Below are positions 1 to 9,305 of a stretch of 64,000 bases of DNA, one piece after another (the first letter of the stretch is position 1; the number at the start of each line of letters is the position of its first letter). Under the pieces are notes generated by a model. The model ran no database searches, was not told the origin of the DNA, and worked only from the letters and a program-made list of their open reading frames with translations. Both the position numbers and the translations under genes were made by a program. The stretch is from NCBI GenBank assembly GCA_034530875.2, contig JAVRCJ020000001.1:96001-160000 (forward strand), read 5' to 3'. Origin of the DNA: Nostoc sp. DedSLP01 (GTDB lineage: Bacteria; Cyanobacteriota; Cyanobacteriia; Cyanobacteriales; Nostocaceae).

Positions 1-15
1 AAAGAGTTAACGCCC

Positions 16-3000
16 TTGGCACAAAAAAGTCTCACTACAACACTCAACCGTCCAGTGCAACTCGGAGAAGTCAGACAATTTTCCTTGACAGGAGTGCAGT
101 TTGGTGCGTCAGCTATCCCCGCTACACCCACAGATCCAGATCGAGCCGCAGTTGAATCTGTAGAAGTGACTTTTGACCTTTTGCAGTTAATTTTTAACCG
201 CCACCTGAAGCTAGATGTCACCTTAATTAATCCAGATATTTATATTGAACAGGATGACCAAGGGCGCTGGGTTTCTACTAGCATCGCATCGTCAGGTGAG
301 GGCGGCATAATTAAAACCGATTTGGATAAACTGCGGTTTCGCAATGCCAAGCTGGCGTTGATGCCGCAGAAGAGGGATGAGGAGCAGGGGAGCAGGGGAG
401 CAGGGGAGCAGAAGAGCGAAAAAGAAAGTTCTCAGCCAGAACTGAAAACTCAGAACTCAGCACTCAGGGAAAAGTTTGAGCGCCAGCTTCCCCCTGCCGC
501 AGGGAGCAAATCTTCCGTGGCTCAGAATCCAGTATCATTTTCCCAACTCAACGGGTCTGCTCAACTTTTAGCAAACAATCAGCTGGTTAAGTTTGAAGTA
601 GGGGGTCAAGCAGACAGTGGTGGTAGTATTGCCATTCAGGGAGAAACGCGTTCCAAGGAATTAGCAGGGAATTTACAGTTGCGAGTCCAAGATTTCCTCG
701 CTGCGGATATTACTCGCCTAATTGAGTTACCAGTGAATTTACAAGCGGGTCGAGTCATCAATGGCGACTTATTGGCTCGGTTGACACCACAACAGCCGAC
801 TTTATTGTTTGGCAGTGCTGTTGTTGCAGGGGTAACGGTTGAAGTGCCGAAAGTGCCGCAACTGTTGAGCAACACCCAAGGAAACCTCCGCTTTCAGGGA
901 ACGCAATTGCAGTTAGATAATGTTACTAGTAACTATGGCAAAATTCCTCTGGTGGCTACGGGAATCATTGACACTCAAGCAGGCTTCAACTTAGCAGCAC
1001 GTGTAAATGCGGTGAGTTTAGCTAATGCGCTAAGTACTCTCAAGGTAAAACTACCTGTACCGGTAGGTGGACAAGTACAAGCTTCTTTGCAGATTACTGG
1101 ATCGACTAAACAACCAATTCTAAGAGGTAAAGTTGCCACGCTCCAAACTGCCCGAATTGATAAGCTGGATTTTAATAGTATTAGTAGTAAATTTGAGCTT
1201 GTTACTAGTTCTTCTTTAATTACTCTCAAAGATATTCAAGGGTTGGCGCAAGTTGGTGGTGAAATTACGGGCGCTGGTACAATTGCAATTGGTAAAACGC
1301 CGCAACTAAATTTAAATTTTGCGGCTTCGAATGTTCCAGGGGATGCGATCGCTAAAGTTTACGAAACAACACCCAGTTTCAAAATTGGCAATCTCTCGGC
1401 TACAGCACAACTATTCGGCGCTCCTACTAATGTCCAAACTGTGGTACAGTTTCAAGCTCCTAACGCAACTTATCCGGGAACTGGGGAAGTAGCAATCGGG
1501 AGCGATCGTACCATTTCTTTCCGCAATGTAGCTCTAAATGTTGCTGGTGGTACAGTCCGGGCAACTGGTAGTTACGCCAATGAGCGTTGGGAAACTGTTG
1601 CTGTTGCCTCTGGGGTGGAGGTGCAACGTTTTGTAGACACAAAGCAACTGCAAAATGTCTCTTTGGCTGGCGCACAATTCAATGGCCGTCTGATTCTCTC
1701 AGGTAGCACAGCACCATTTGAAATTGCCACTATTCGTTCCCAAGGTGCAGGAGTGACAATTGGCGGCGGTACAGTTGCAGTTTCTAATATCCAACTCCAA
1801 GACCAAAATTTTTCTGCTCAACTTGTAGCTAATAATGTGCGGCTGGGACAAATATTGAAACAGTCTCCCCCAGCTTTAAATAATCCTTTGGCGGGTACGT
1901 TTCAAATTGCGGGCAACAGAGATAATTTCAGCTTGAAAACTCTGCGTGGTAGTGGCGAAGGTCGCCTTGCAATTGGTGGCGGTACGGTTACAGCCAAAAA
2001 TATTCAACTTGTTAATGGTTTATATCAGGCGCAAATTCAAGCGAACAATTTACCTGTACAGCAGTTGGCAGCAGTACCAAAGCAGTTTCAAGGTGCATTA
2101 AATGGTGAAGTGAATGTGGCTGGTTCTGTTGAATCTTTCCAACCGCAAAGCATCCAAGCCAGCGGTCAAGCACGGATAAATGTTGGGCGTGGAACAATTA
2201 CAGCCTCTAATATCCAAATCGCTAATGGTGCATACGAGGCAAAAATTCAGGCTAACAATGTACCTGTGCGCCAGTTGGCAGCAGTACCACCGCAGTTTCA
2301 AGGTGCCCTAACCGGTCAGTTCAACGTCGCGGGATTAGTCGATTCTCTTCAACCCCAAGCAATCCAAGCCAACGGTCAAGCACTGATAAATGTTGGCAGT
2401 GGCACGATCGCAGCTTCTAATATCCGAGTCGGTAATGGTGTATACCAGGCACAAGTTCAGGCAAATAACGTACCGTTACAGCAGTTGGCAGCAGTACCAC
2501 CACAGTTTCGAGGAAGCTTAACTGGTCAAGTCAACGTGGCGGGTTCTGTTGAGTCCTTCCAACCACAAACAATCCAAGCCGTTGGTCAGGGACAAATAAA
2601 TGTTGCAGGTGGAACAATAGTAGCTTCTAACATCCAAGTAGCCAATGGCCGCTATCAAGGAATTGTTGATGCTTCCGGTCTGCAATTAAATCGCTTCAAT
2701 CAGCAATTGCGGGGTCAATTTGGCGGCAATTTGCAATTAGCTGGGACGCTGGCATCATCCCAATTAGCCGATGTGCGTGCTGCCGGACAGGTGCAGTTAT
2801 CCCAAGGTATCCCTGGCTTTGAGCGACCGCTGACAGCTGCGATCGCTTGGAATGGTCAAAGGCTAACCATCGAGCAAGCAACTGCCCCCGGTTTAAATGT
2901 TACAGGTAACATATTAGCCAATGCCAAACAACCAGGGATACCGGAAATTACTGCTCTAAATCTCAACATCCAAGCGGAGAATTACGACTTAAAACAGTTA

Positions 3001-5856
3001 CCAATTAATCTGCCTAATCAAGTTGCGGTAGCGGGGAGAGTAGATTTTAACGGACAAGTCACTGGCAAGTTACCTCTACCTAACGTAGTCGGACAAATTA
3101 ATTTACGAGACTTCGTTGTTCAAGATATTGCTTTTGAGCCGCTATTAACTGGAAATATCAACACAGCACAAGGGCGTGGGTCGAGTTTGAAGTTAGCGGG
3201 AAATCGCGATCGCCTGGCTTTTAATTTAGATGCCAATAATCGCCCGCAATCCTTCTTAGTCCAATGGCAGGAAGCATTGGCATCAGGTAATGTCAAAGGA
3301 AATGATTGGACGCTCAAAGTTGGCAATTTCCCCTTACAAATCTTGAATTTGACTCCGCCACCGAGTACTCGTATTGGTACTGGAAAAATAGCTGGATTGT
3401 TGACAGGAGATTTGGTTTTTAATCAGCAGACATTTGCAACAACTGGAAATTTAGCGATCGCCAACCCAGAAATTGGACGGCTCAAAGGCGATCGTTTAGC
3501 AGCTCAATTCCGTTACAGTGATGGTAAAGCTATACTTACTAGTAGCCAATTTATCAAAGGTAATAGTAGTTACATTGTTGCTGGTACTTTTGCCCAAACT
3601 CCTCAAGGTCCTCAATTAAAAGGTAAAATCAATGTCAACCAGGGCAAAATTGAAGATGTTCTCGCCCTAGCACAGGTATATGATTTACAGGATTTTCAAG
3701 GTGGTTCGCCCCCAATCTACGGCACAGCAGCCGATCTGAGTACAAACTCCCAAGGCTGGCCAAATCAGCCATTATTGACCCAACTCCAGCGGTTTTCTGA
3801 AATTGAAGCATTGGTAGCAGAACAGGAACAACAGCGGCTTGATTCCAGTCCCATACCAGATTTAGCAGACTTAAAAGGCACTTTCAACGGCGAAGTAGCT
3901 CTAGATACAACTGCTAGTAATGGTTTAGCAGTGCAATTTAATTTGAATGGAGAAAACTTTGCCTGGGGTAAAAAGGAAGAACGCAGTCGTTATTATACTG
4001 CCGAAAAATTGATTGCAGAAGGTAACTTTGAAAACGGTGTTTTGAGTTTGCGACCTTTACGAATCCAATCTCAGAACAGGCTGATTGCCTTCACTGGAAA
4101 CATCGGCGGTGACGAACAATCTGGTCAGTTGCGAGTGAATAATTTTCCAGTACAAATATTAAATAATTTTGTCAAACTGCCAGTTGGCATTACAGGTAAT
4201 GTAGATGCTACGGCAGCTTTAGCAGGTAGTATTGCTAATCCCCAAGCTAGAGGGGAATTGCAAATCACAGAAGGAACATTGAATCAGAACCCAATACAAT
4301 TAGCAACAGCAAGTTTCAGCTATGCTAACGGACGCTTAAACTTCGGTAGTACTGTAGCAGTTGCCGGGCCGCAACCGGTGGATATTACTGGCAGTATCCC
4401 TTATAAATTACCTTTTGCAACGGTGGCACCAGACACCGACCAAATCAGTTTGGATATGAAATTAGAAAATGAAGGATTAGGACTGTTAAATGCGTTAACT
4501 AATCAAGTCGTGTTTGAAAAAGGTGAAGGACAAGTAGACTTGAAGGTGCGTGGAACATTGCAACAACCACAGGTAGAGGGAATTGCCACCGTTAACAATG
4601 CTACTTTTTCAGCCCAGGCTTTACCAGGTAAGCTCAGACGTGTTACAGGTAAAGTGCTGTTTAATTTTGACCGAATCTTAGTAGAAAATCTTCAGGGTAG
4701 ATTTAGCCGAGGGAAAGTAGAAGCTGCTGGAGAAATTCCCATCTTTGACAATGAGAAAGTAACAATTAACAATCCTCTGACCATTAATCTCGAACAGCTA
4801 GCCTTGAATCTCAAGGGACTTTACCAAGGAGGCGCTAGCGGTAATTTGCAAATTACTGGTTCTGCACTCAACCCAGTAATTGGCGGAAGGGTAGATTTGT
4901 TTGATGGTCAGGTGTTGCTAGCGGAATCTACCGACACAACTACATCTGCAAATGATAATGGCGTTGATTTTTCATTTGCAAAAGCCAATAAGCAAAGTCA
5001 AGCGGAAACAGGCAAAAGAATAGGAAATGGGATTGCCAGATTTAATAATCTAGATTTAGAACTAGGTAAAAACGTCCAAATTACCCGTCCACCTATCCTC
5101 AGCTTCCGCGCCACTGGAAATCTCATTGTCAACGGCTCAATTAATCAGCCCATACCCGATGGTACTATCCGATTAGAACAAGGGGGAGTGAATTTATTTA
5201 CTACCCAATTTAACCTTGTTCGTGGCTACAAACATACTGCAACTTTTAGTCCCTCACAACCCCGCGACCCTAACTTGGATATTCGGCTATTTGCTAAGGT
5301 ACTTGATGTCACTCAAGGTAATGATTTCAGCCGCATAAACACTACAGGTTTATCAGCTTTAGAGAGTGTTCGAGTCGAAGCTACCATCAACGGTCTGGCT
5401 AGTAAATTAAATGAAAATCTAGAACTAACCAGCAGTCCTTCACGCAGTCAAACCGAAATTGTCGCTCTTTTAGGAGGTGGATTTGTAGACACCCAAGGAC
5501 GCGGTGACAGTACTTTGGGTTTGATTAACATCGCAGGTTCAGCTGTATTCAATAATTTTCAGTCAACTTTTAACCAAATTGGTAGTACCTTTGGCTTAAG
5601 CGAACTGCGGATATTTCCTACAGTTATTTCTGAGAATCCTGAAGCAGGAAGAAGCAATTCAACTTTGGAATTAGCGGCGGAAGCTGGAGTTGATATTACT
5701 TCTAAAATTTCGGTTTCTAGCATCAAAATTTTAACAACAAATGACCCTTTTCAATGGGGCGTTAATTACCGGATAAACGATCGATTCCGTGTACGTGCTT
5801 CTACAAATTTAACTGATGATAGTCGTGCCGTAGTAGAGTATCAAAGTCGGTTTTAA
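16..5856 (+). CDS. tamB: Translocation/assembly module TamB-like (DUF490/AsmA-like) protein; true start probably lies upstream of the window
   Basis: 1946-aa Gly/beta-strand-rich ORF; C-terminus (…PFQWGVNYRINDRFRVRASTNLTDDSRAVVEYQSRF) resembles cyanobacterial TamB/DUF490; frame is open from the window edge. Confidence 0.8.
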   Translation: MAQKSLTTTLNRPVQLGEVRQFSLTGVQFGASAIPATPTDPDRAAVESVEVTFDLLQLIFNRHLKLDVTLINPDIYIEQDDQGRWVSTSIASSGEGGIIKTDLDKLRFRNAKLALMPQKRDEEQGSRGAGEQKSEKESSQPELKTQNSALREKFERQLPPAAGSKSSVAQNPVSFSQLNGSAQLLANNQLVKFEVGGQADSGGSIAIQGETRSKELAGNLQLRVQDFLAADITRLIELPVNLQAGRVINGDLLARLTPQQPTLLFGSAVVAGVTVEVPKVPQLLSNTQGNLRFQGTQLQLDNVTSNYGKIPLVATGIIDTQAGFNLAARVNAVSLANALSTLKVKLPVPVGGQVQASLQITGSTKQPILRGKVATLQTARIDKLDFNSISSKFELVTSSSLITLKDIQGLAQVGGEITGAGTIAIGKTPQLNLNFAASNVPGDAIAKVYETTPSFKIGNLSATAQLFGAPTNVQTVVQFQAPNATYPGTGEVAIGSDRTISFRNVALNVAGGTVRATGSYANERWETVAVASGVEVQRFVDTKQLQNVSLAGAQFNGRLILSGSTAPFEIATIRSQGAGVTIGGGTVAVSNIQLQDQNFSAQLVANNVRLGQILKQSPPALNNPLAGTFQIAGNRDNFSLKTLRGSGEGRLAIGGGTVTAKNIQLVNGLYQAQIQANNLPVQQLAAVPKQFQGALNGEVNVAGSVESFQPQSIQASGQARINVGRGTITASNIQIANGAYEAKIQANNVPVRQLAAVPPQFQGALTGQFNVAGLVDSLQPQAIQANGQALINVGSGTIAASNIRVGNGVYQAQVQANNVPLQQLAAVPPQFRGSLTGQVNVAGSVESFQPQTIQAVGQGQINVAGGTIVASNIQVANGRYQGIVDASGLQLNRFNQQLRGQFGGNLQLAGTLASSQLADVRAAGQVQLSQGIPGFERPLTAAIAWNGQRLTIEQATAPGLNVTGNILANAKQPGIPEITALNLNIQAENYDLKQLPINLPNQVAVAGRVDFNGQVTGKLPLPNVVGQINLRDFVVQDIAFEPLLTGNINTAQGRGSSLKLAGNRDRLAFNLDANNRPQSFLVQWQEALASGNVKGNDWTLKVGNFPLQILNLTPPPSTRIGTGKIAGLLTGDLVFNQQTFATTGNLAIANPEIGRLKGDRLAAQFRYSDGKAILTSSQFIKGNSSYIVAGTFAQTPQGPQLKGKINVNQGKIEDVLALAQVYDLQDFQGGSPPIYGTAADLSTNSQGWPNQPLLTQLQRFSEIEALVAEQEQQRLDSSPIPDLADLKGTFNGEVALDTTASNGLAVQFNLNGENFAWGKKEERSRYYTAEKLIAEGNFENGVLSLRPLRIQSQNRLIAFTGNIGGDEQSGQLRVNNFPVQILNNFVKLPVGITGNVDATAALAGSIANPQARGELQITEGTLNQNPIQLATASFSYANGRLNFGSTVAVAGPQPVDITGSIPYKLPFATVAPDTDQISLDMKLENEGLGLLNALTNQVVFEKGEGQVDLKVRGTLQQPQVEGIATVNNATFSAQALPGKLRRVTGKVLFNFDRILVENLQGRFSRGKVEAAGEIPIFDNEKVTINNPLTINLEQLALNLKGLYQGGASGNLQITGSALNPVIGGRVDLFDGQVLLAESTDTTTSANDNGVDFSFAKANKQSQAETGKRIGNGIARFNNLDLELGKNVQITRPPILSFRATGNLIVNGSINQPIPDGTIRLEQGGVNLFTTQFNLVRGYKHTATFSPSQPRDPNLDIRLFAKVLDVTQGNDFSRINTTGLSALESVRVEATINGLASKLNENLELTSSPSRSQTEIVALLGGGFVDTQGRGDSTLGLINIAGSAVFNNFQSTFNQIGSTFGLSELRIFPTVISENPEAGRSNSTLELAAEAGVDITSKISVSSIKILTTNDPFQWGVNYRINDRFRVRASTNLTDDSRAVVEYQSRF
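1954..2660 (+). repeat. Intragenic 210-bp (70-aa) tandem repeat, about 3.3 copies
   Basis: CAGTTGGCAGCAGTACCA recurs at 2062, 2272 and 2482; protein units GxxxINVGxGTIxASNIQxxNGxYQAQxQANNVP…QLAAVP. Confidence 0.9.
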
Positions 5857-6152
5857 TTCAATAAAGTTCAGTTAAGGATAACTGTAGCTTGCTTCCACGA
5901 AGTGGTACGCAGTGAAACCCAACAGGCTTCGGGAAATGTTGGGTTTCCCTTCGGGAAGCCGCCTCCGTCGGCTACGTTCCTCAAACGCCACTTGCTACCC
6001 TACCCTGCGGGAACCCTCTTCTCCTTCGGAGACGCTAACGCGAACGAGGGAATGGGAACGCCAAGGGCGAACAAGCCGGGGAACCTATCCAACGCAGTGG
6101 CTCCCCAACCTATGCCAAATCAAGTTTTTGATGCTAACTGAACCTTATTGAA
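5857..6152. mobile_element. MITE-like element with 18-bp terminal inverted repeats and nested small repeats
   Basis: TTCAATAAAGTTCAGTTA (5857-5874) vs TAACTGAACCTTATTGAA (6135-6152), one mismatch; internal hairpin GAAACCCAACA…TGTTGGGTTTC. Confidence 0.7.
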
Positions 6153-6160
6153 CTATATTT

Positions 6161-7072
6161 CTACAACAGAGCATGTTGGTCAACTCTAGTATCTTTAAGG
6201 GAAATTACCTCAACTGTGCGGAATCCCAGCACTGCCAAGAGATTATTTTCGCTGAGCTTGACTGGAGCAGGTTGCGCGCCGTGACCTGGAGCCGGAAGAG
6301 GATAGGCAGTCGCCGCAGCGGTGTGGAAGCGAATATTGCCTTCGGTGTGCTCAATCACTTGATGGATATGCCCCGTTAACACTGTGACCGATGCAAAACG
6401 AGATAGCAGTGAGAGCAACTTTGCCGAATCGGCAGTTGCCCATCCCCATTTGGGATAAAGGTCATATAGGGGAATATGGCTGAAAACAACTAGAGGTGTA
6501 TCCTTTTTCTGCGCTGCCAAATCTTTGGAGAGCAAGTCCAATTGCGCCTGACCTAGTTTGCCCGTACCAGTTGCCCCAAAGTCCAGCACATTGGTCAAGG
6601 AGACAAAGTGGATTCCCGCCCAATCCCAAACCTGTAAGCCTTCTTTGACATCCTTGCGGTTAAAGGCTTCCTCGTAGGCTTTGCCGCGATCGCCAATCGT
6701 ATCGTGTTCCCCTGGTAGGGTAAACAGTGGAACTTTCAATTGAGAAAGTAGTTGTTTGGCCAGATCGAATTCTTCTGGTTTAGACAAATGGGAAATGTCT
6801 CCCGTGTGAATGACAAAAGCAGGTGGAGTGGGTAAGGCATTGATTGCATCGATCGCTTTCTGGAGCGTATCGGTCACATGTTCATTTGCAGGTTTTTTGA
6901 AACCAATGTGCGTATCGCTAATTTGAACGAAGGACAACGGTGAAGCCGTGGATGATTTTTGAGTGTTTGGTTCTCCCACCTGACAGGCAGTTAATAAGCC
7001 ATTTCCACCAACAGCCCAGACAATGCCCAGCCCTGTCCAGCCTACGTGTTCAAGAAATTTTCGGCGTTCCAT
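6161..7072 (-). CDS. Tat-exported calcineurin-like metallophosphoesterase, probable lipoprotein
   Basis: Start at MERRKFL (twin-Arg); LLTAC lipobox; motifs DTHIG, HTGDISH, PGEHD, SHIP, GHIH. Confidence 0.85.
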   Translation of the reverse strand: MERRKFLEHVGWTGLGIVWAVGGNGLLTACQVGEPNTQKSSTASPLSFVQISDTHIGFKKPANEHVTDTLQKAIDAINALPTPPAFVIHTGDISHLSKPEEFDLAKQLLSQLKVPLFTLPGEHDTIGDRGKAYEEAFNRKDVKEGLQVWDWAGIHFVSLTNVLDFGATGTGKLGQAQLDLLSKDLAAQKKDTPLVVFSHIPLYDLYPKWGWATADSAKLLSLLSRFASVTVLTGHIHQVIEHTEGNIRFHTAAATAYPLPAPGHGAQPAPVKLSENNLLAVLGFRTVEVISLKDTRVDQHALL

Positions 7073-7086
7073 TGGTATTCCTCTGG

Positions 7087-7491
7087 TTAGTTTTTCTGAT
7101 TTGTTACCGTCAGCGTGCCTTTCATAAAAGGATGAATTGAGCAAATGTAGGGATAAGTACCTGGTTTAGTGGCGGTGTAGTTCCAGGTTTCATTGGTATC
7201 GAGTGCTTTAGAGTTGAAAGTACCATCCGTAGCTGTAGCTGTGTGGGGTTCTTCATCGACATTGATAAATTGAACAGTTTTACCAACAGCAAGTGCCAAA
7301 TTCGCTGGCTCAAATTTGAAATTACGGATTTTGACAGTAACATCGGCAGGTTGTTGGCTGGTTTGGGGTTGTTCGATCGCCATTGGTTGCATAGTCGTTG
7401 TCTTAGGGTTCGGACTACAGGATGACAACGACAATAGGATGACCAGAAAGGCACTGGCGATCGCTATGAAAAAATAAGAAATGTATTTCAT
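7087..7491 (-). CDS. Cupredoxin (plastocyanin/amicyanin-like blue copper) lipoprotein
   Basis: Signal peptide with LSSC lipobox; F-E-P…V-x-F-x-N-x-D-x-x-P-H; type-1 Cu loop Y-I-C-S-I-H-P-F-M-K-G. Confidence 0.9.
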   Translation of the reverse strand: MKYISYFFIAIASAFLVILLSLSSCSPNPKTTTMQPMAIEQPQTSQQPADVTVKIRNFKFEPANLALAVGKTVQFINVDEEPHTATATDGTFNSKALDTNETWNYTATKPGTYPYICSIHPFMKGTLTVTNQKN

Positions 7492-7778
7492 GGGCGTTCT
7501 TCCATCCGCTTTGGTTGACGGCGTTTAGCAAATAGTCCAGTCATGCTCGCTCCGGTAGCCACTAAGCCAATTAGACCTAGCCCATTTAAAACAGGCACAA
7601 TGGCATCGAGTTTGAAGATTTGCCAGGTGTGAACAGCGATTAAAAATCCAGCCAGCTCTTCTTGATGCAACCATGTGTCGGCGATGGCAATGCTAATACC
7701 AGTAACAGCAGTAAAGAGTAATGGCAAACAAAAGAGTGTGGCAATTAGCCGATGGTACTTGCGAAATGTGTTTTTCAT
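7488..7778 (-). CDS. Small PepSY-associated-TM-like membrane protein
   Basis: FRKYHRLIA…PLLFTAVTG motif and two hydrophobic helices; 4-bp ATGA overlap with the cupredoxin gene. Confidence 0.7.
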   Translation of the reverse strand: MKNTFRKYHRLIATLFCLPLLFTAVTGISIAIADTWLHQEELAGFLIAVHTWQIFKLDAIVPVLNGLGLIGLVATGASMTGLFAKRRQPKRMEERP

Positions 7779-7789
7779 TATGTTAATTT

Positions 7790-8146
7790 TTAGTCTTGTG
7801 TAAATCCTTGCAGTTGCTCTTCAAGGTTATGGCGATAGGCTCGATCGCTGAGTGTTTGCTCAGGTAGTCGATTCGCTTTAACAGCAGCTTGAATAATGTC
7901 ACCAGCTGCGATCGTTCCAGAAGCGATCGCTGACATCAACGCACCATTGCTGGGAATGCCTTGGTCTTTTAAGTAGCCTTGATACGCAAGAGTTGCCAGA
8001 TTAAACGAATTGAGCTGATTTGTAGAAAGTTGCTTGGCCGCGTAGGGATTGAAGCTGGTTGGTGCGCTTTTGGTCTGCGCCGCAGCAGGCAAAATGGCGG
8101 TAAACAGCAGCGATGTTGTTAACACTATAGAAATAGAGCTTTGCAT
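7790..8146 (-). CDS. Secreted hypothetical protein
   Basis: Signal peptide ending AAA-Q; GAGG RBS upstream; FNLATLAYQGYLKDQGIPS motif resembles a cyanobacterial hypothetical family. Confidence 0.7.
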   Translation of the reverse strand: MQSSISIVLTTSLLFTAILPAAAQTKSAPTSFNPYAAKQLSTNQLNSFNLATLAYQGYLKDQGIPSNGALMSAIASGTIAAGDIIQAAVKANRLPEQTLSDRAYRHNLEEQLQGFTQD

Positions 8147-8425
8147 AGAATTACCTCTAAGATTGGTTGTTTAGCTACAGCGGTTTTACTGACCTTGAAT
8201 GCTGGGATGCAGCACAAACTTTGAGACAATTTGGTTGAATCCAAACTGCCAAACAAGAGCGTTGCTCCCTTGACGATATAAATTTCGTCGGGACATTGCA
8301 GTGCAATGGCCAGTGTTAAAAGCTGTAGGAGTGAGTAGGTAAGCAATTAGTGCAATAAGAAGAATTTAGTTGTAAATTCTGCCTGTAAAGAATGCTAACT
8401 GGGTTACTTACTTGTCTCTACTTTT

Positions 8426-8453
8426 AAAACGACTGAGAAGTAATTTTGGATTT
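8426..8453 (-). promoter_or_regulatory. Putative ECF sigma promoter for the leftward operon
   Basis: Minus strand reads AAATCC-N16-CGTTTT, same spacing and core as the motif at 8561-8588. Confidence 0.55.
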
Positions 8454-8560
8454 AAACTTTTCAAAAGTCCTTACTAGACTGCTGTTCGCGGTTCGTTCGG
8501 TTTGGGGTGAGAGTCGATCGCAACGAAATAACCGACTTCTAAAAAATTTCGCCGCTAGAC

Positions 8561-8588
8561 TCATCCAATTAGCTTCATCAATCGTTTT
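8561..8588 (+). promoter_or_regulatory. Putative autoregulatory ECF sigma promoter
   Basis: TCATCC-N16-CGTTTT, 23 bp upstream of the sigma ATG at 8612. Confidence 0.55.
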
Positions 8589-8611
8589 AGAGATGAGAGT
8601 AAATTTGCTCT

Positions 8612-9301
8612 ATGTTTAAAAAAGTTGTGAAATCAGGAATGGCATTCACCTTGCAAGATGCATTGGGCATTTGTGCAGAAAAATTATCCCCAGTCTGTTC
8701 GCCAGAATCTATGGATCTAAGTTCTCCCGATCGCCATTCATCAGAACCGTCATCCAAGAGTGATGCCGTACTCTTGAACGATCTAGAGGCAAAGAAGCCA
8801 GCAGCTTTAGGGTGTCTTTACGATCGCTATGGCAGTGTGGTGTATGGAGTAGCGCTGAAAGTATTGCAAAGCCAGCCGGAAGCCGAAGACTTGACCCAAG
8901 AAATTTTTCTGTCGCTATGGCAGCGTCCGGTTGACTCAGATCGTCACGGTCATTTGATGCGCTACCTGATTGCCATGACTCGATCGCGGGCGATCGACAA
9001 ACTGCGATCGCGCAGCCGCATTCTTAATTTAATACAACGTTGGGAGCAGAACGTCACTACTGCAACCCCCGCGCATACTCCGGTTGAGCAGGCTATTTTA
9101 AATGAGCGATCGCAGCTAGTACGGCAGGCATTGACCCAGCTTAGCGATCGGCAACGACAGGCGATCGAACTGGCGTATGATGCCGGACTGAGCCAATCAG
9201 AAATTGCCCAACAACTGCATAAACCTCTGGGAAGCGTGAAAAGCTGGACTCGCCAGGGACTCCTGAAACTAAAACAACTTTTACAACACTCCATTGACTA
9301 A
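8612..9301 (+). CDS. ECF sigma-70 factor (SigK-like)
   Basis: Region 2 LYDRYG…AEDLTQEIFLSLW…SRAIDKLR; region 4 LSQSEIAQQLHKPLGSVKSWTRQGL; start may be 8612, 8639 or 8711. Confidence 0.92.
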   Translation: MFKKVVKSGMAFTLQDALGICAEKLSPVCSPESMDLSSPDRHSSEPSSKSDAVLLNDLEAKKPAALGCLYDRYGSVVYGVALKVLQSQPEAEDLTQEIFLSLWQRPVDSDRHGHLMRYLIAMTRSRAIDKLRSRSRILNLIQRWEQNVTTATPAHTPVEQAILNERSQLVRQALTQLSDRQRQAIELAYDAGLSQSEIAQQLHKPLGSVKSWTRQGLLKLKQLLQHSID

Positions 9302-9305
9302 GGTT

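Noticed and set aside
5902..6151. Two 79-aa ORFs, or a tRNA/ncRNA in the GC-rich structured spacer
   Set aside because: They lie within the nested repeat element; no cloverleaf or T-loop consensus is recognisable
7073..7144. Longer 327-aa start for the metallophosphoesterase
   Set aside because: It overlaps the cupredoxin gene; ATG at 7072 has a GAGG RBS and puts the Tat motif at the N-terminus
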